Assembly: GCA_964554725.1 (NCBI GenBank) | Contig: CAZKQE010000002.1 | Location: 1 to 34,174 of the forward strand | DNA from: an uncultured bacterium | Lineage (GTDB): Bacteria > Eisenbacteria > RBG-16-71-46 | DNA: 34,174 nt | Reading direction: 5' to 3' | Shown: positions 25,701 through 33,134 of the stretch, in pieces | How positions within the stretch are numbered: the stretch's first letter is position 1 | How the letters are laid out: each line of letters begins with the position of its first letter | Notes under the pieces: model-generated | Told to the model about the DNA's origin: nothing | The model's database searches: none | The model's input: only the letters and a program-made list of their open reading frames with translations | Position numbers and translations under genes: made by a program

Positions 25701-27595
25701 GAGGTGCCGGAGAGCGGCGCATACGATCCCGGCGTGCCGCTGGCGGAGATCAGGCTCACCGCCGGGCTGCAGAAGGTGGGCTTGCGACGGGAGTCCTGAC
25801 AGGGACCGCGGCTGGTCGAGGTGTAGATGCCGGTCGAGGTGCCGTTCTGCGTCCCGCCCGCCCCGGTCGAGTTCTTCGCCGTGGCCGGCGAGCCGACCGA
25901 GCCCGCGGTCCCCGAGTTCCCGGTCGCGAACGCCGCGTAGAAGTCGGGGTGGTTCCACAGGAACTGGTCCGTGGTCATCGCGTGGAGCGTGTAGGCCCCG
26001 GACACCGCCCCGCCCCAGGAGTGCGAGGAGACCCGCGCGCCACCGGCGGCGTTGCCGGCGTAGGCCGGCTGGTACAGGTCGTTGAGGTCCGGGAATGCGT
26101 CCACGCCGTTCAGCAGCGTGGTGCCGCCGATGTCCATGAAGTACATCTTCGCCTCGGGCGCCATGCCGTCGAACGGGATCGCGCCTCCCGAGGGGGCGTC
26201 GTTGCCCAGCACGGTCCCGGCGGTGTGGGTGCCGTGGAACACCGCGCCGGGATGGTCGCCGAACTCGACCGCCGGGTTGTTCGACCCCTTCTTGTAGCCG
26301 ATGATCTTGCGGTGGGTCGGGTAGTCGCCGAAGTCCACGATCGGCACCAGCGGGTCCACGAACATCTCGTGGTCCACCTGGATGCCGCTGTCCGAGGTCA
26401 TCACGATCTGCCCTTCCCCGCGGATCCCCATGTCCCAGACGCGCCGGTTGCCGTTCAGGTTCGTCTGCACCACCCACTGCGCCTGGTCGTTGTAGAGCTC
26501 GAGCGGCACCACCGGCTCCACCCAGGCGACCTCGGCCCGCGCCGACACCGCCGGCAGCAGCGCCGGCGCGGCCTCGAAGCGAACCATCTTGTTGATGCCG
26601 TTGTCCCAGGTGTCCACCAGCGTCACGCCGAGCGCGGTCAGGCCCGCCGCGGTGGCGGCGAGGTCCGCGTCGGGGAACAGCAGGACGGTGTAGCGCTGCG
26701 GCCCCGGGCCGCCGGGGCCGGCGACCGGGCTCACCTTGTACGCCGGCTGCCAGTCGCCCACCCACGCCACGCCGGGCTCGGCCGCCAGCCGGGCGGCGGC
26801 CGCCGCGGTCATGCGCACGAGGTAGGCGTGGTCGGGGATGTAGGTGTGGACGGCGCCGCCGGCCGCGGTGATGCGGGCGACGTCCTTCGCGGTCGGCATG
26901 GCGGAGAACTGGACCAGGTAGGCACGGATCGACGCCGGGTCGCCCCCGTCCGTCGCCGCGCGCAGCCCGGCCGGCACCTCGGGCAGACCCTCGGCCGGCG
27001 CGAACTCGTAGCCGGCGGACAGCCGGATGCGGGGCGGCGACGAGGCGTCCGCGGAGGCGGCCGCCGTGCGGTCCGCGGCCCCGACCGTCCCGCGCCGCGA
27101 CTCGCGCAGGTAGGGCGAGGCGGCGACCCGGTTCATGAAACGCGGCTCGGCCGTGAACGAGCGCACCTCGCTGACCCGCAGCGCGCCGGTGGCCCCGTCG
27201 ACGTGGGCGACCGCCCACCAGAGGGCGGTCGGCGCCTCGACCCGCAGGCCGGCATCGGCGAGGGACAGCAGCGGCCCGGTCAGGTCCCGCACCACGAACC
27301 CCTCCCCCGCGGGGACGGCGGTCCAGCCGGCGGGGTCGAAGGCCGCGCGCGAGAGCACCAGCCGCGGCTGGCGGGCGCCGACCGGGAGCTCGAACGCGAA
27401 GCGCACGGCGCTCTCGACCAGCCGGGCGCCCGACTCGGGCGCGATCGGGCGCGCGCGTCCGACCCGGGCGGCGTCCTCGGGACGGATCGAGGCGTGCGCC
27501 GGCAGGGGGACGGTGAGCGAGAGCGCCAGGCCGAGCAGCGCCAGCGCGAGCGACCGGGGGAACCGGTCGAATCCAGTCCCGATCCTCGGGGTCAT
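22787..27595 (-). CDS. Giant secreted subtilisin-like serine protease (peptidase S8) with multiple accessory domains and FlgD-Ig/T9SS-type C-terminal domain
   Basis: GGAGGAGG SD before the ATG at 27595. Signal peptide MTPRIGTGFDRFPRSLALALLGLALSLTVPLPAHA. Triad motifs IVMTSDSGIQVDH (Asp), FHGTHTAGTVLG (His) and SGTSMACPSGTGAITL (Ser). Asp-box SLDGGSSW. C-terminus PNPAAGPTSISFGLP...LDIYDAQGRQV...GLYFYRLVTPEGRFERRLALLR. Confidence 0.9.
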   Translation of the reverse strand: MTPRIGTGFDRFPRSLALALLGLALSLTVPLPAHASIRPEDAARVGRARPIAPESGARLVESAVRFAFELPVGARQPRLVLSRAAFDPAGWTAVPAGEGFVVRDLTGPLLSLADAGLRVEAPTALWWAVAHVDGATGALRVSEVRSFTAEPRFMNRVAASPYLRESRRGTVGAADRTAAASADASSPPRIRLSAGYEFAPAEGLPEVPAGLRAATDGGDPASIRAYLVQFSAMPTAKDVARITAAGGAVHTYIPDHAYLVRMTAAAAARLAAEPGVAWVGDWQPAYKVSPVAGPGGPGPQRYTVLLFPDADLAATAAGLTALGVTLVDTWDNGINKMVRFEAAPALLPAVSARAEVAWVEPVVPLELYNDQAQWVVQTNLNGNRRVWDMGIRGEGQIVMTSDSGIQVDHEMFVDPLVPIVDFGDYPTHRKIIGYKKGSNNPAVEFGDHPGAVFHGTHTAGTVLGNDAPSGGAIPFDGMAPEAKMYFMDIGGTTLLNGVDAFPDLNDLYQPAYAGNAAGGARVSSHSWGGAVSGAYTLHAMTTDQFLWNHPDFYAAFATGNSGTAGSVGSPATAKNSTGAGGTQNGTSTGIYTSTSRGPCQDSRRKPTFCSPAVSLISASGTPGSYAPLSGTSMACPSGTGAITLIRQYCTEGWYPTGTKVPANGFTPSAALLKAMGINAAANVVTGFTAPDHNVGYGKIVADEVLYFAGDARKLLLVDHTEGLGAGQFVEYQVNVVDGGVPLEVSLCWTDFPGNPAAAVQLVNNLNLTVSRGATSYKGNVYAAGLSVTGGSHDNRNVEEAVLVGAPATGIWTIRIDAAAVPMGPQPFGLCVTGGVGTDAGTLALDRAEYGSTGTVELRVTDTNAGPSVNVSLVSDTETTPLVVTLSGANGLYSGAVTLTPADVSTVDGLLSVAHGDQITATYVDASPAATLQAGAQVSLATPIITNVRALPQGSGRVQIAWDTHLNASSRVYYGLTPALELGAVDGPGHPLAHTVDLTGLTLGATYYYDVESVSLSGNLVRDDLGGQHYRFTAKARGDVLLVLGADGFERTVTWESALQANGIDYDLWGEALANDPPLGNLASGLRAYQAVLWQPGLEAYPAFSDAARTRITDYLDGGGRLMVNGHDIAWGLSDPTSPAFTPDRRLWVETTLRAQYQADPATWSQAIGIAGDPITGGYTTGIPYTPVRSGGAGDEVDIHPLAGGIGSYTLLNAGGDATPDHVAFRWESATPNGSAGTAFWGGLPSRLANFFLEFTALAPPFNAASATRNDLLGKTVLWLLGRPRPTVEITAPNGGEVVTAGAVDITWNETAGPGRAIVSRTLEMSLDGGSSWQPLATGVGPGPYSWDLSAVPNTVGARVRIRVTDDGTPALSAGDASNADFALQRAGGDLQGPIVVAGSIAASPNPIVRPDPATLVARISDQNTGSGTVAAAEWSIGDSPAPAGSGTPMSGAFGAQTVDVSIGLDTTPFSPGVRRLWVRGRDTQGNWGPASSREVQVNGPPVVAVEGGAPPVAFLAQNAPNPAAGPTSISFGLPRPGEVTLDIYDAQGRQVRRIAGGMHDAGIHRATWDGRDESGMRARSGLYFYRLVTPEGRFERRLALLR

Positions 27596-27722
27596 GACGG
27601 GCCTCCTCCAGTGGGGTGCGCCGGCGGCGCGTTCGCCTGCGGAAGGCGGACACGGTCGCCGGTCGCCGGGGACATGCCGGGCGCCGCCGGCGCGACGCGC
27701 GCGGCGGCCCCGGGACGCGGAG

Positions 27723-27754
27723 AGCCTCCCGCCGCCGGGTTGACCGGGGCTTGA
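27723..27754 (-). promoter_or_regulatory. SARP-type promoter architecture: TCAAGCC-CCGG-TCAACCC, 8 nt, GAGGCT, upstream of the 1602-aa protease
   Basis: Minus strand: TCAAGCC (27754-27748), CCGG, TCAACCC (27743-27737), GGCGGCGG (27736-27729), GAGGCT (27728-27723). An additional single TCAAGCC sits on the plus strand at 27818-27824, facing the cytochrome gene. Confidence 0.55.
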
Positions 27755-27981
27755 GCCGGCGCCCGGGCGGGTCCGCTGGAGACAGGCAACCGATTGCGCA
27801 CCATGGCGTTAGGAAAATCAAGCCGGGCCGGTTCGGAGTGGGTCTCGGAGCGCTCTGCCGGCCCCGTCCCGCCGCCCGCACCCGGCGGCCGGCCCGCGCG
27901 CGCGGGCGGCGGTCGCCGGCCGGGGCCTGCTACGCTGCGCCCGCCCCCGCCTCCCGCCGGCCCCGGAGACCCCGACGATCC

Positions 27982-29805
27982 ATGCGCCCCCGCCCGCGGA
28001 CTCTGATCGCCGTCGCCGGCGCGCTCGCCCTCGCCACGCTGGGGGTCGCGCGCGTGCGCGACGTCGCCCGCGAGACGCGGACCCCGGTCCACCTGCCCGG
28101 CGTCCGCTACGCCACCTCGGCGACCTGCGTCCCGTGCCATCCGGGACGTTTCGAGAGCTGGCACCGCACCTTCCACCGCACGATGACCCGGCGCGCGGAC
28201 CGCGCCGCGGTGGTGGGCGACTTCGAGGACGCGAGCCTCACCTACCAGGGGGTCACGTCGCGCTTCACGCGCGAGGGCGACCGCCACTTCATCGCGACCC
28301 TCTCCCCCGACGGAGCGATCGAGCGGCACGAGGTGGTGATGACCGTCGGCTCCCGGCGCATCCAGCAGTACGTGGCGCGGATCGGCCGCCGGCACGTGCG
28401 CCTGCCGCTCGCCTGGGACATCGAGGAGCGCCGCTGGATCCACCTCAACGGCGGCTTCCTGCACCCGGACGGATCGGACTTCAACACCCATCGGGCGGAC
28501 TGGGACAACAACTGCATCTTCTGCCACAACGTGAAGGCGCAGCCGCGCTACGACGAGGCGACCGACACCTTCGATCCGCGGGTCGAGGAGCTGGGCATCG
28601 CCTGCGAGGCGTGCCACGGCCCGGCCGCCCTCCACGTGCGACGCAACGCCGACCCCGTGCGCCGCTATCTGCTCCACCTCGGCGACCGCGACCCGACGAT
28701 CCTGTCGCCGAACGAGCTCACCCCGGCCCGCAGCATCCAGCTGTGCGGACACTGTCACGGCCAGCGGCTGCCGGAGCCGCCGCAGCGGCTCGCCGAGTTC
28801 CTGCTGGTCGGCGACCCGTACACCGCCGGCGACGACCTCTCGACCTTCACGACCCCGCTCGCGGCCCACACCGACCTGCCGGGCGTCGACCTGAGCGCGC
28901 GGTTCTGGCGCGACGGCACCCCGCGCCTCACCGCGTACGAGTACCAGGGTCTGCTCCTTTCCGACGGGCATCGCGACAGCGACCTGACCTGCGTCTCGTG
29001 CCACGACATGCACGGCGGCGACCCGCGCGGCATGATCCACACCGAGATGCGCGGGCCGACCGGATGCCTGCAGTGCCACGCGGCGATCGGCCGCGACGTG
29101 CGGGCCCACACCCATCACGAACCGGAGGGCGCCGGCAGCGACTGCTACGCCTGCCACATGCCGCCCACCACCTACGGGCTGCTGGCGATCCATCCCAGCC
29201 ACCGGATCACGAGCCCCGATCCCGCGCGCGCGTGGCGGTTCGAGATGCCCGACGCCTGCACGCTGTGCCACACCGACCGCACCGCGGCGTGGGCCGACTC
29301 CGCCGCCCGGCGGCAGTACGGCGGGGCCCCGGCCGCGCCGCCGGCGGGGGGCGGGTTCGAGACCGCCGAGAGCGTGCGCGCGCTGCTCGCGGGGGACGTC
29401 GTCCAGCGGGCGGTGGCGGTGAACGCGCTGTGCGGCGGGCCGGCGGCGACGACGGACGCGGTCGCCCGCCTGTGGGCGGTGCCGTTCCTGCTCGTCACGC
29501 TCGAGGACCGCTATCCCGCGGTGCGGCACTTCGCGTGGCGGGGGCTGCAGAGCCTGCACCGGCGGGCGCGGGCCGCGGCCCCGGGGTTCCCGGCGCCGCT
29601 GCCGGAATTCGACTATCTTGCCGACGCCGACGACCGCGCGGCGGCGGTCGCGCGCGCCTGGGCGTGGTGGCGGGCGCTCGACCGGCGGCGCATCCCGCAC
29701 CCGGGCCCCGCGGTGCCGCTCGACGCGGAGTTGATGCCCATCGAAGCCACGGTCGCCGCGCTCACGGCTCGGCAGGCCCGCAGCGCGATCGCGATCGGGG
29801 AGTGA
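27982..29805 (+). CDS. Membrane-anchored octaheme c-type cytochrome with a helical-repeat (HEAT-like) C-terminal region
   Basis: In frame with track ORF 27616..29805, started at the ATG at 27982. N-terminal anchor MRPRPRTLIAVAGALALATLGVA. Eight CxxCH motifs: CVPCH, CIFCH, CEACH, CGHCH, CVSCH, CLQCH, CYACH, CTLCH. The C-terminal roughly 170 aa lack haem motifs (…VQRAVAVNALCG…DRYPAVRHFAWRGLQSL…). Confidence 0.85.
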   Translation: MRPRPRTLIAVAGALALATLGVARVRDVARETRTPVHLPGVRYATSATCVPCHPGRFESWHRTFHRTMTRRADRAAVVGDFEDASLTYQGVTSRFTREGDRHFIATLSPDGAIERHEVVMTVGSRRIQQYVARIGRRHVRLPLAWDIEERRWIHLNGGFLHPDGSDFNTHRADWDNNCIFCHNVKAQPRYDEATDTFDPRVEELGIACEACHGPAALHVRRNADPVRRYLLHLGDRDPTILSPNELTPARSIQLCGHCHGQRLPEPPQRLAEFLLVGDPYTAGDDLSTFTTPLAAHTDLPGVDLSARFWRDGTPRLTAYEYQGLLLSDGHRDSDLTCVSCHDMHGGDPRGMIHTEMRGPTGCLQCHAAIGRDVRAHTHHEPEGAGSDCYACHMPPTTYGLLAIHPSHRITSPDPARAWRFEMPDACTLCHTDRTAAWADSAARRQYGGAPAAPPAGGGFETAESVRALLAGDVVQRAVAVNALCGGPAATTDAVARLWAVPFLLVTLEDRYPAVRHFAWRGLQSLHRRARAAAPGFPAPLPEFDYLADADDRAAAVARAWAWWRALDRRRIPHPGPAVPLDAELMPIEATVAALTARQARSAIAIGE

Positions 29806-29810
29806 GACGC

Positions 29811-30269
29811 ATGGGGACGCGGAAGGAGCCGGTGGCGGGCGCCGGGCCGGGCGACGAGGGGCTCGCCGCGCGGCACCGCCGGTTCGGCTGGACGGCGCTG
29901 CTGGTCTGGATGGGCATGGGCCTGGCACTCGAGACCTTCCACGGGTTCAAGGTGCCCGGCTACCTGCTGGACCCCCTGCGCCGCGAGCTGGTGACGCTCG
30001 CCCACTTCCACGGCGCGCTGCTGGCGATGCTCAACCTCGTCTACGTCCGCTGGGCGGAGGCTCCCGGGGTCCCGGGCGCGGCGCGATCGCGCGCGTCGTG
30101 GTCCCTGATCGCCGGCAGCGTGCTGATGCCGCTGGGGTTCCTGCTCGGGGGCCTGGTGCACTTCGAGGGCGACCCGGGGCTCGGCATCGCGCTCGCCCCG
30201 CTCGGCGCGCTGGCCCTGCTGGTCCCGGTCGTGGTCCAGACCCGAGCCGCCTGGCGGCGGCGTCCGTGA
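29811..30269 (+). CDS. Small integral membrane protein (about 4 TM helices, conserved His), 5 nt downstream of the cytochrome gene
   Basis: In frame with track ORF 28134..30269, started at the ATG at 29811. FGWTALLVWMGMGLALETFHGF, LVTLAHFHGALLAMLNLVYV, WSLIAGSVLMPLGFLLGGLVHF, GIALAPLGALALLVPVVV. Confidence 0.65.
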   Translation: MGTRKEPVAGAGPGDEGLAARHRRFGWTALLVWMGMGLALETFHGFKVPGYLLDPLRRELVTLAHFHGALLAMLNLVYVRWAEAPGVPGAARSRASWSLIAGSVLMPLGFLLGGLVHFEGDPGLGIALAPLGALALLVPVVVQTRAAWRRRP

Positions 30270-30361
30270 GCCCGCCCGGGCGCCTCGCCGCGACTGCAGA
30301 GCGGCCGCCGGCCCGCCGATAACCGGAGGAGTCCCCCCGCGCGGTTCCCCGGAGGTGCCGG

Positions 30362-30727
30362 ATGTCCCCGATCTTCTGGATCGCCCTCGCCCTGTTCGTG
30401 GTCGTCGACGCGGTCGTCATCGCGCTGGTCATCCGCCGCATGAGCGGCGGACTGCTCGGGCTGGTGCTGCCGGGCGGGGACCGCAGCCGGCTGTTCGAGT
30501 CGGTGCACGCGATGGTGGGCGACTACCTGCGCGTGAACTACAGCGGCGATCCGCAGCAGCTCCCGGCCGCCGTCGCCGGGCTGGTCCCGAAGCTGCGCGA
30601 CATGCTGCGCAGCCACGGCGTCGAGCCCTCGGCGGACGTGGTGCGGACCCTGATCCAGGTCTCGGCGGCCAAGCACCGGGTCGCCAGCTCGCGGGAGCTG
30701 CGCGAGGCGCTCGCCACCATCGGCTGA
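30362..30727 (+). CDS. Small N-terminally membrane-anchored hypothetical protein
   Basis: GGAGG SD before the ATG. MSPIFWIALALFVVVDAVVIALVI (TM helix) followed by a soluble helical region. High GC3. Confidence 0.6.
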   Translation: MSPIFWIALALFVVVDAVVIALVIRRMSGGLLGLVLPGGDRSRLFESVHAMVGDYLRVNYSGDPQQLPAAVAGLVPKLRDMLRSHGVEPSADVVRTLIQVSAAKHRVASSRELREALATIG

Positions 30728-30752
30728 GCCCCGCCGGCGCCGCGCCCGACCC

Positions 30753-31247
30753 CTACGCCCCGCCCGGTTCCGCCCCGCCCGGCTCCGCTTCGTCCGGCGC
30801 CGCCCGCCGGCGCGCCGCGGCCAGGTAGCCGGGCCGCAGCTCGAGCAGGTTCGCCAGCTTGCGCATGAGATAGGACTCGTGGCGCGAGAGCTCGCCGTCG
30901 GCGTAGACCACCCGCCACAGCACCTCGGCGAGCACCATGCGCTGCCCTTCGTCGTAGTGGCGGGCGATCACCGACGTGAACTGATGGAGGTCGGTCGCCT
31001 CGCCCAGCCGGTCCTGGGCGAGCGCCATCAGCTCGACCGCACCCGCGCGGTCGACGCCGAAGTGGCGCACGATCGCCTCCTCGACGTGCCGGCGCTCGGC
31101 GGGCGAGAACTCGTCGTCGGCGTGCGCCAGCTCGAGCAGCAGCGCGCAGGCGGCGAGCCGCACCTCGTGGTCCGGGGAGCCGGCCGCGGCCGCGGGGGCG
31201 GCCTGCGCCGGACCGCCCGCGAGCAGCCTCCGCAGGGTGTCGAGCAC
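30753..31247 (-). CDS. TerB family (tellurite-resistance TerB-like) protein
   Basis: ACALLLELAHADDEFSPAERRHVEEAI...VLAEVLWRVVYADGELSRHESYLMRKLANLLEL. GTG start at 31247 with a weak SD. Confidence 0.7.
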   Translation of the reverse strand: MLDTLRRLLAGGPAQAAPAAAAGSPDHEVRLAACALLLELAHADDEFSPAERRHVEEAIVRHFGVDRAGAVELMALAQDRLGEATDLHQFTSVIARHYDEGQRMVLAEVLWRVVYADGELSRHESYLMRKLANLLELRPGYLAAARRRAAPDEAEPGGAEPGGA

Positions 31248-31292
31248 GTCAGCGGCCCGGACGGCCGGCGTCCGCGCGCCCGGCGGGCACCG

Positions 31293-31682
31293 TCACTGCG
31301 GGGCGCTCGCCATCTGCATGCCGCGGAACAGGGTCATCAGGTGGCCGCGCATCGCCGTGTCCTGGACGGCGAACTGGATCGCGCCCTCCATCATGCTGCG
31401 GTCCGTCGCGACGCGGGTCAGCACCGCCTGCCGCGAGCCGCCACCGGTCATCAGGCGGTCGAGCAGCGCCGCGCGGGTCGAGTCGGCGCCGAGCAGGCGG
31501 TCCACGACCTGGCCGGCGAGGGCCGGATCGCCGGCGATCCGGTCCCACAGCTGCGTGCGCAGGGCCTCGTCGGCGAGCAGCCGGTCCACCGGGTTCCCGC
31601 ACCCGCACAGCGCGACGAGCGCGGCCGTCGCGGCGACCAGGGTGAGGGACCGGGCGAGCGGGGACGTCGTCGTGCGCTTCAT
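31293..31682 (-). CDS. Small helical lipoprotein, unknown function
   Basis: In frame with track ORF 31293..33035, started at the ATG at 31682 (GAGGAGG SD). MKRTTTSPLARSLTLVAATAALVALCGC has a lipobox-like LVALC. Confidence 0.6.
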   Translation of the reverse strand: MKRTTTSPLARSLTLVAATAALVALCGCGNPVDRLLADEALRTQLWDRIAGDPALAGQVVDRLLGADSTRAALLDRLMTGGGSRQAVLTRVATDRSMMEGAIQFAVQDTAMRGHLMTLFRGMQMASAPQ

Positions 31683-31720
31683 CGTGGGACCTCCTCGTGA
31701 GGGGGGACCGGCCGCCGCCC

Positions 31721-33127
31721 TCAGGCGGCCGGCGGTCGCTTCAGGTGCCAGTCGGTGCGGGCCTGGTACGCGCAGCCGAGCCGGGTCAGGGCGTCCTCGG
31801 AGAACGCGGGCCCCATGAACGTGATCGAGGTCGGCAGGCCGTTCTCGCCCAGTCCGTTCGGCAGCGCCAGCGCCGGCAGGCCGCACAGGTTCCCGGCCGG
31901 GATCAGCGCCGGGCCGCCGCTCACCCCGGGATAGGCGTCCTCGAAGTTGCGGTCGGTCGGGTAGGCGACGGTCGAGCGCGTCGGCGAGGCGATGACGTCG
32001 AAGCGCTCGAACAGGGCCGCGACCGCCCGCTTCATCGGCCGCCGCAGCCGCATCGCGTGCAGGTAGTCCACGGCGGGGATCAGGGTGCCCGCGTAGCCGC
32101 CGTGGCGGTCGCGCGGACAGGTCAGCTCCTTCACGCGGCCGCTCTCGATCAGGTCGAGGAAGGCGCTGGCGCCCTCGGCGCCGACGATCGCCGAGACCGC
32201 CGGACCCCACGGCAGGTCGGGCCACGCGACATCGCGCGTCACCTCGATCGTGCCCTTCAGCGCCTCGAGCGACGCCTCGAAGCGCTCGCGCACCTCGGGC
32301 TGGACCTTCTCCGTGACCCCGGCCGGGACCGCGACGCGCACCCGGCCGGCGGGCGGCTCGACCCGGCGCCAGGTGAAGCCGCGCGCGACGGTGCTGTCGT
32401 CGCGCGGGTCGCGTCCGGCGATCGCCGCCAGCACGATCGCGCAGTCGTCCGCGCCGCGCGCCATCGGGCCCAGCTTGTCGAGGGTCCAGCACAGCGCCAT
32501 CGCGCCGTGGCGGCTGACGAGCCCGTAGGTCGGGCGCAGCCCGGTCACGCCCGAGAACGCGGACGGGGTGAGGATGGAGCCCGAGGTCTCGGAGCCGATC
32601 GCGAACGGCACCAGCCCCGCGGCCACCGCGGCGCCGGGACCGCTCGAGGAGCCGCCGCTCCAGAAGCGCGTGTCCCACGGCGTCAGGCCGGGACCGGTGA
32701 ACGAGGCGTCGGCGTGGTTGTAGCCCATGCCGCCCGCCAGCTCCACCATCGCCAGCTTGGCGCACAGCACGGCGCCCGCCGCGCGCAGGCGCTCGACCAC
32801 GGTGGCGTCGTAGTCGAACCGCTGCTCGCGGTAGGGCGCCGCGCCCCAGGTCGTGGGCGCCGCCTTCGTGGCGACCAGGTCCTTGGCGCCGTAGGGGATC
32901 CCGTGCAGGAGCCCGCGGTCGCGCCCGGCCGCCAGCTCGCGCTCCGCCGCGCGCGCCTCGGCCAGCGCGCTCTCGCGCATCACGGTGATCACCGCGTGGT
33001 AGCGCGGGCCGAGCCGCTCGAGCCGCTCGAGGCATCCCGCCGTCAGCTCGACCGGCGAGAGCCGGCGGGCGCGGATGCGGGCCGCCAGCTCGCGCACCGG
33101 CAGGAAGAACACCGCGTCGTCGATCAT
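31721..33127 (-). CDS. Amidase-signature family amidase (GatA-like fold), no signal peptide
   Basis: AS signature GGSSSGPGAAVAAGLVPFAIGSETSGSILTPSAFSGVTGLRPTYGLVSRHG. Cytoplasmic-type N-terminus MIDDAVFFLPVRELAARI. Confidence 0.9.
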   Translation of the reverse strand: MIDDAVFFLPVRELAARIRARRLSPVELTAGCLERLERLGPRYHAVITVMRESALAEARAAERELAAGRDRGLLHGIPYGAKDLVATKAAPTTWGAAPYREQRFDYDATVVERLRAAGAVLCAKLAMVELAGGMGYNHADASFTGPGLTPWDTRFWSGGSSSGPGAAVAAGLVPFAIGSETSGSILTPSAFSGVTGLRPTYGLVSRHGAMALCWTLDKLGPMARGADDCAIVLAAIAGRDPRDDSTVARGFTWRRVEPPAGRVRVAVPAGVTEKVQPEVRERFEASLEALKGTIEVTRDVAWPDLPWGPAVSAIVGAEGASAFLDLIESGRVKELTCPRDRHGGYAGTLIPAVDYLHAMRLRRPMKRAVAALFERFDVIASPTRSTVAYPTDRNFEDAYPGVSGGPALIPAGNLCGLPALALPNGLGENGLPTSITFMGPAFSEDALTRLGCAYQARTDWHLKRPPAA

Positions 33128-33134
33128 CGCCGCC

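Noticed and set aside
22742-27754. 1670-aa plus-strand ORF, with the 829-aa and 887-aa minus-strand off-frame ORFs
   Set aside because: They are the antisense or the off-frame of the 1602-aa S8 protease. The plus-strand ORF would also swallow the promoter region. Composition is junk.
27616-27981. The long N-terminal extensions of the cytochrome (27616), TPR protein (to 3860), aconitase-family protein (to 20911), 168-aa protein (to 21593) and Tat protein (to 33572)
   Set aside because: The extensions are Arg/Pro/Gly-rich and lack SDs. In each case an internal ATG with an SD immediately precedes a signal peptide, membrane anchor or conserved domain.
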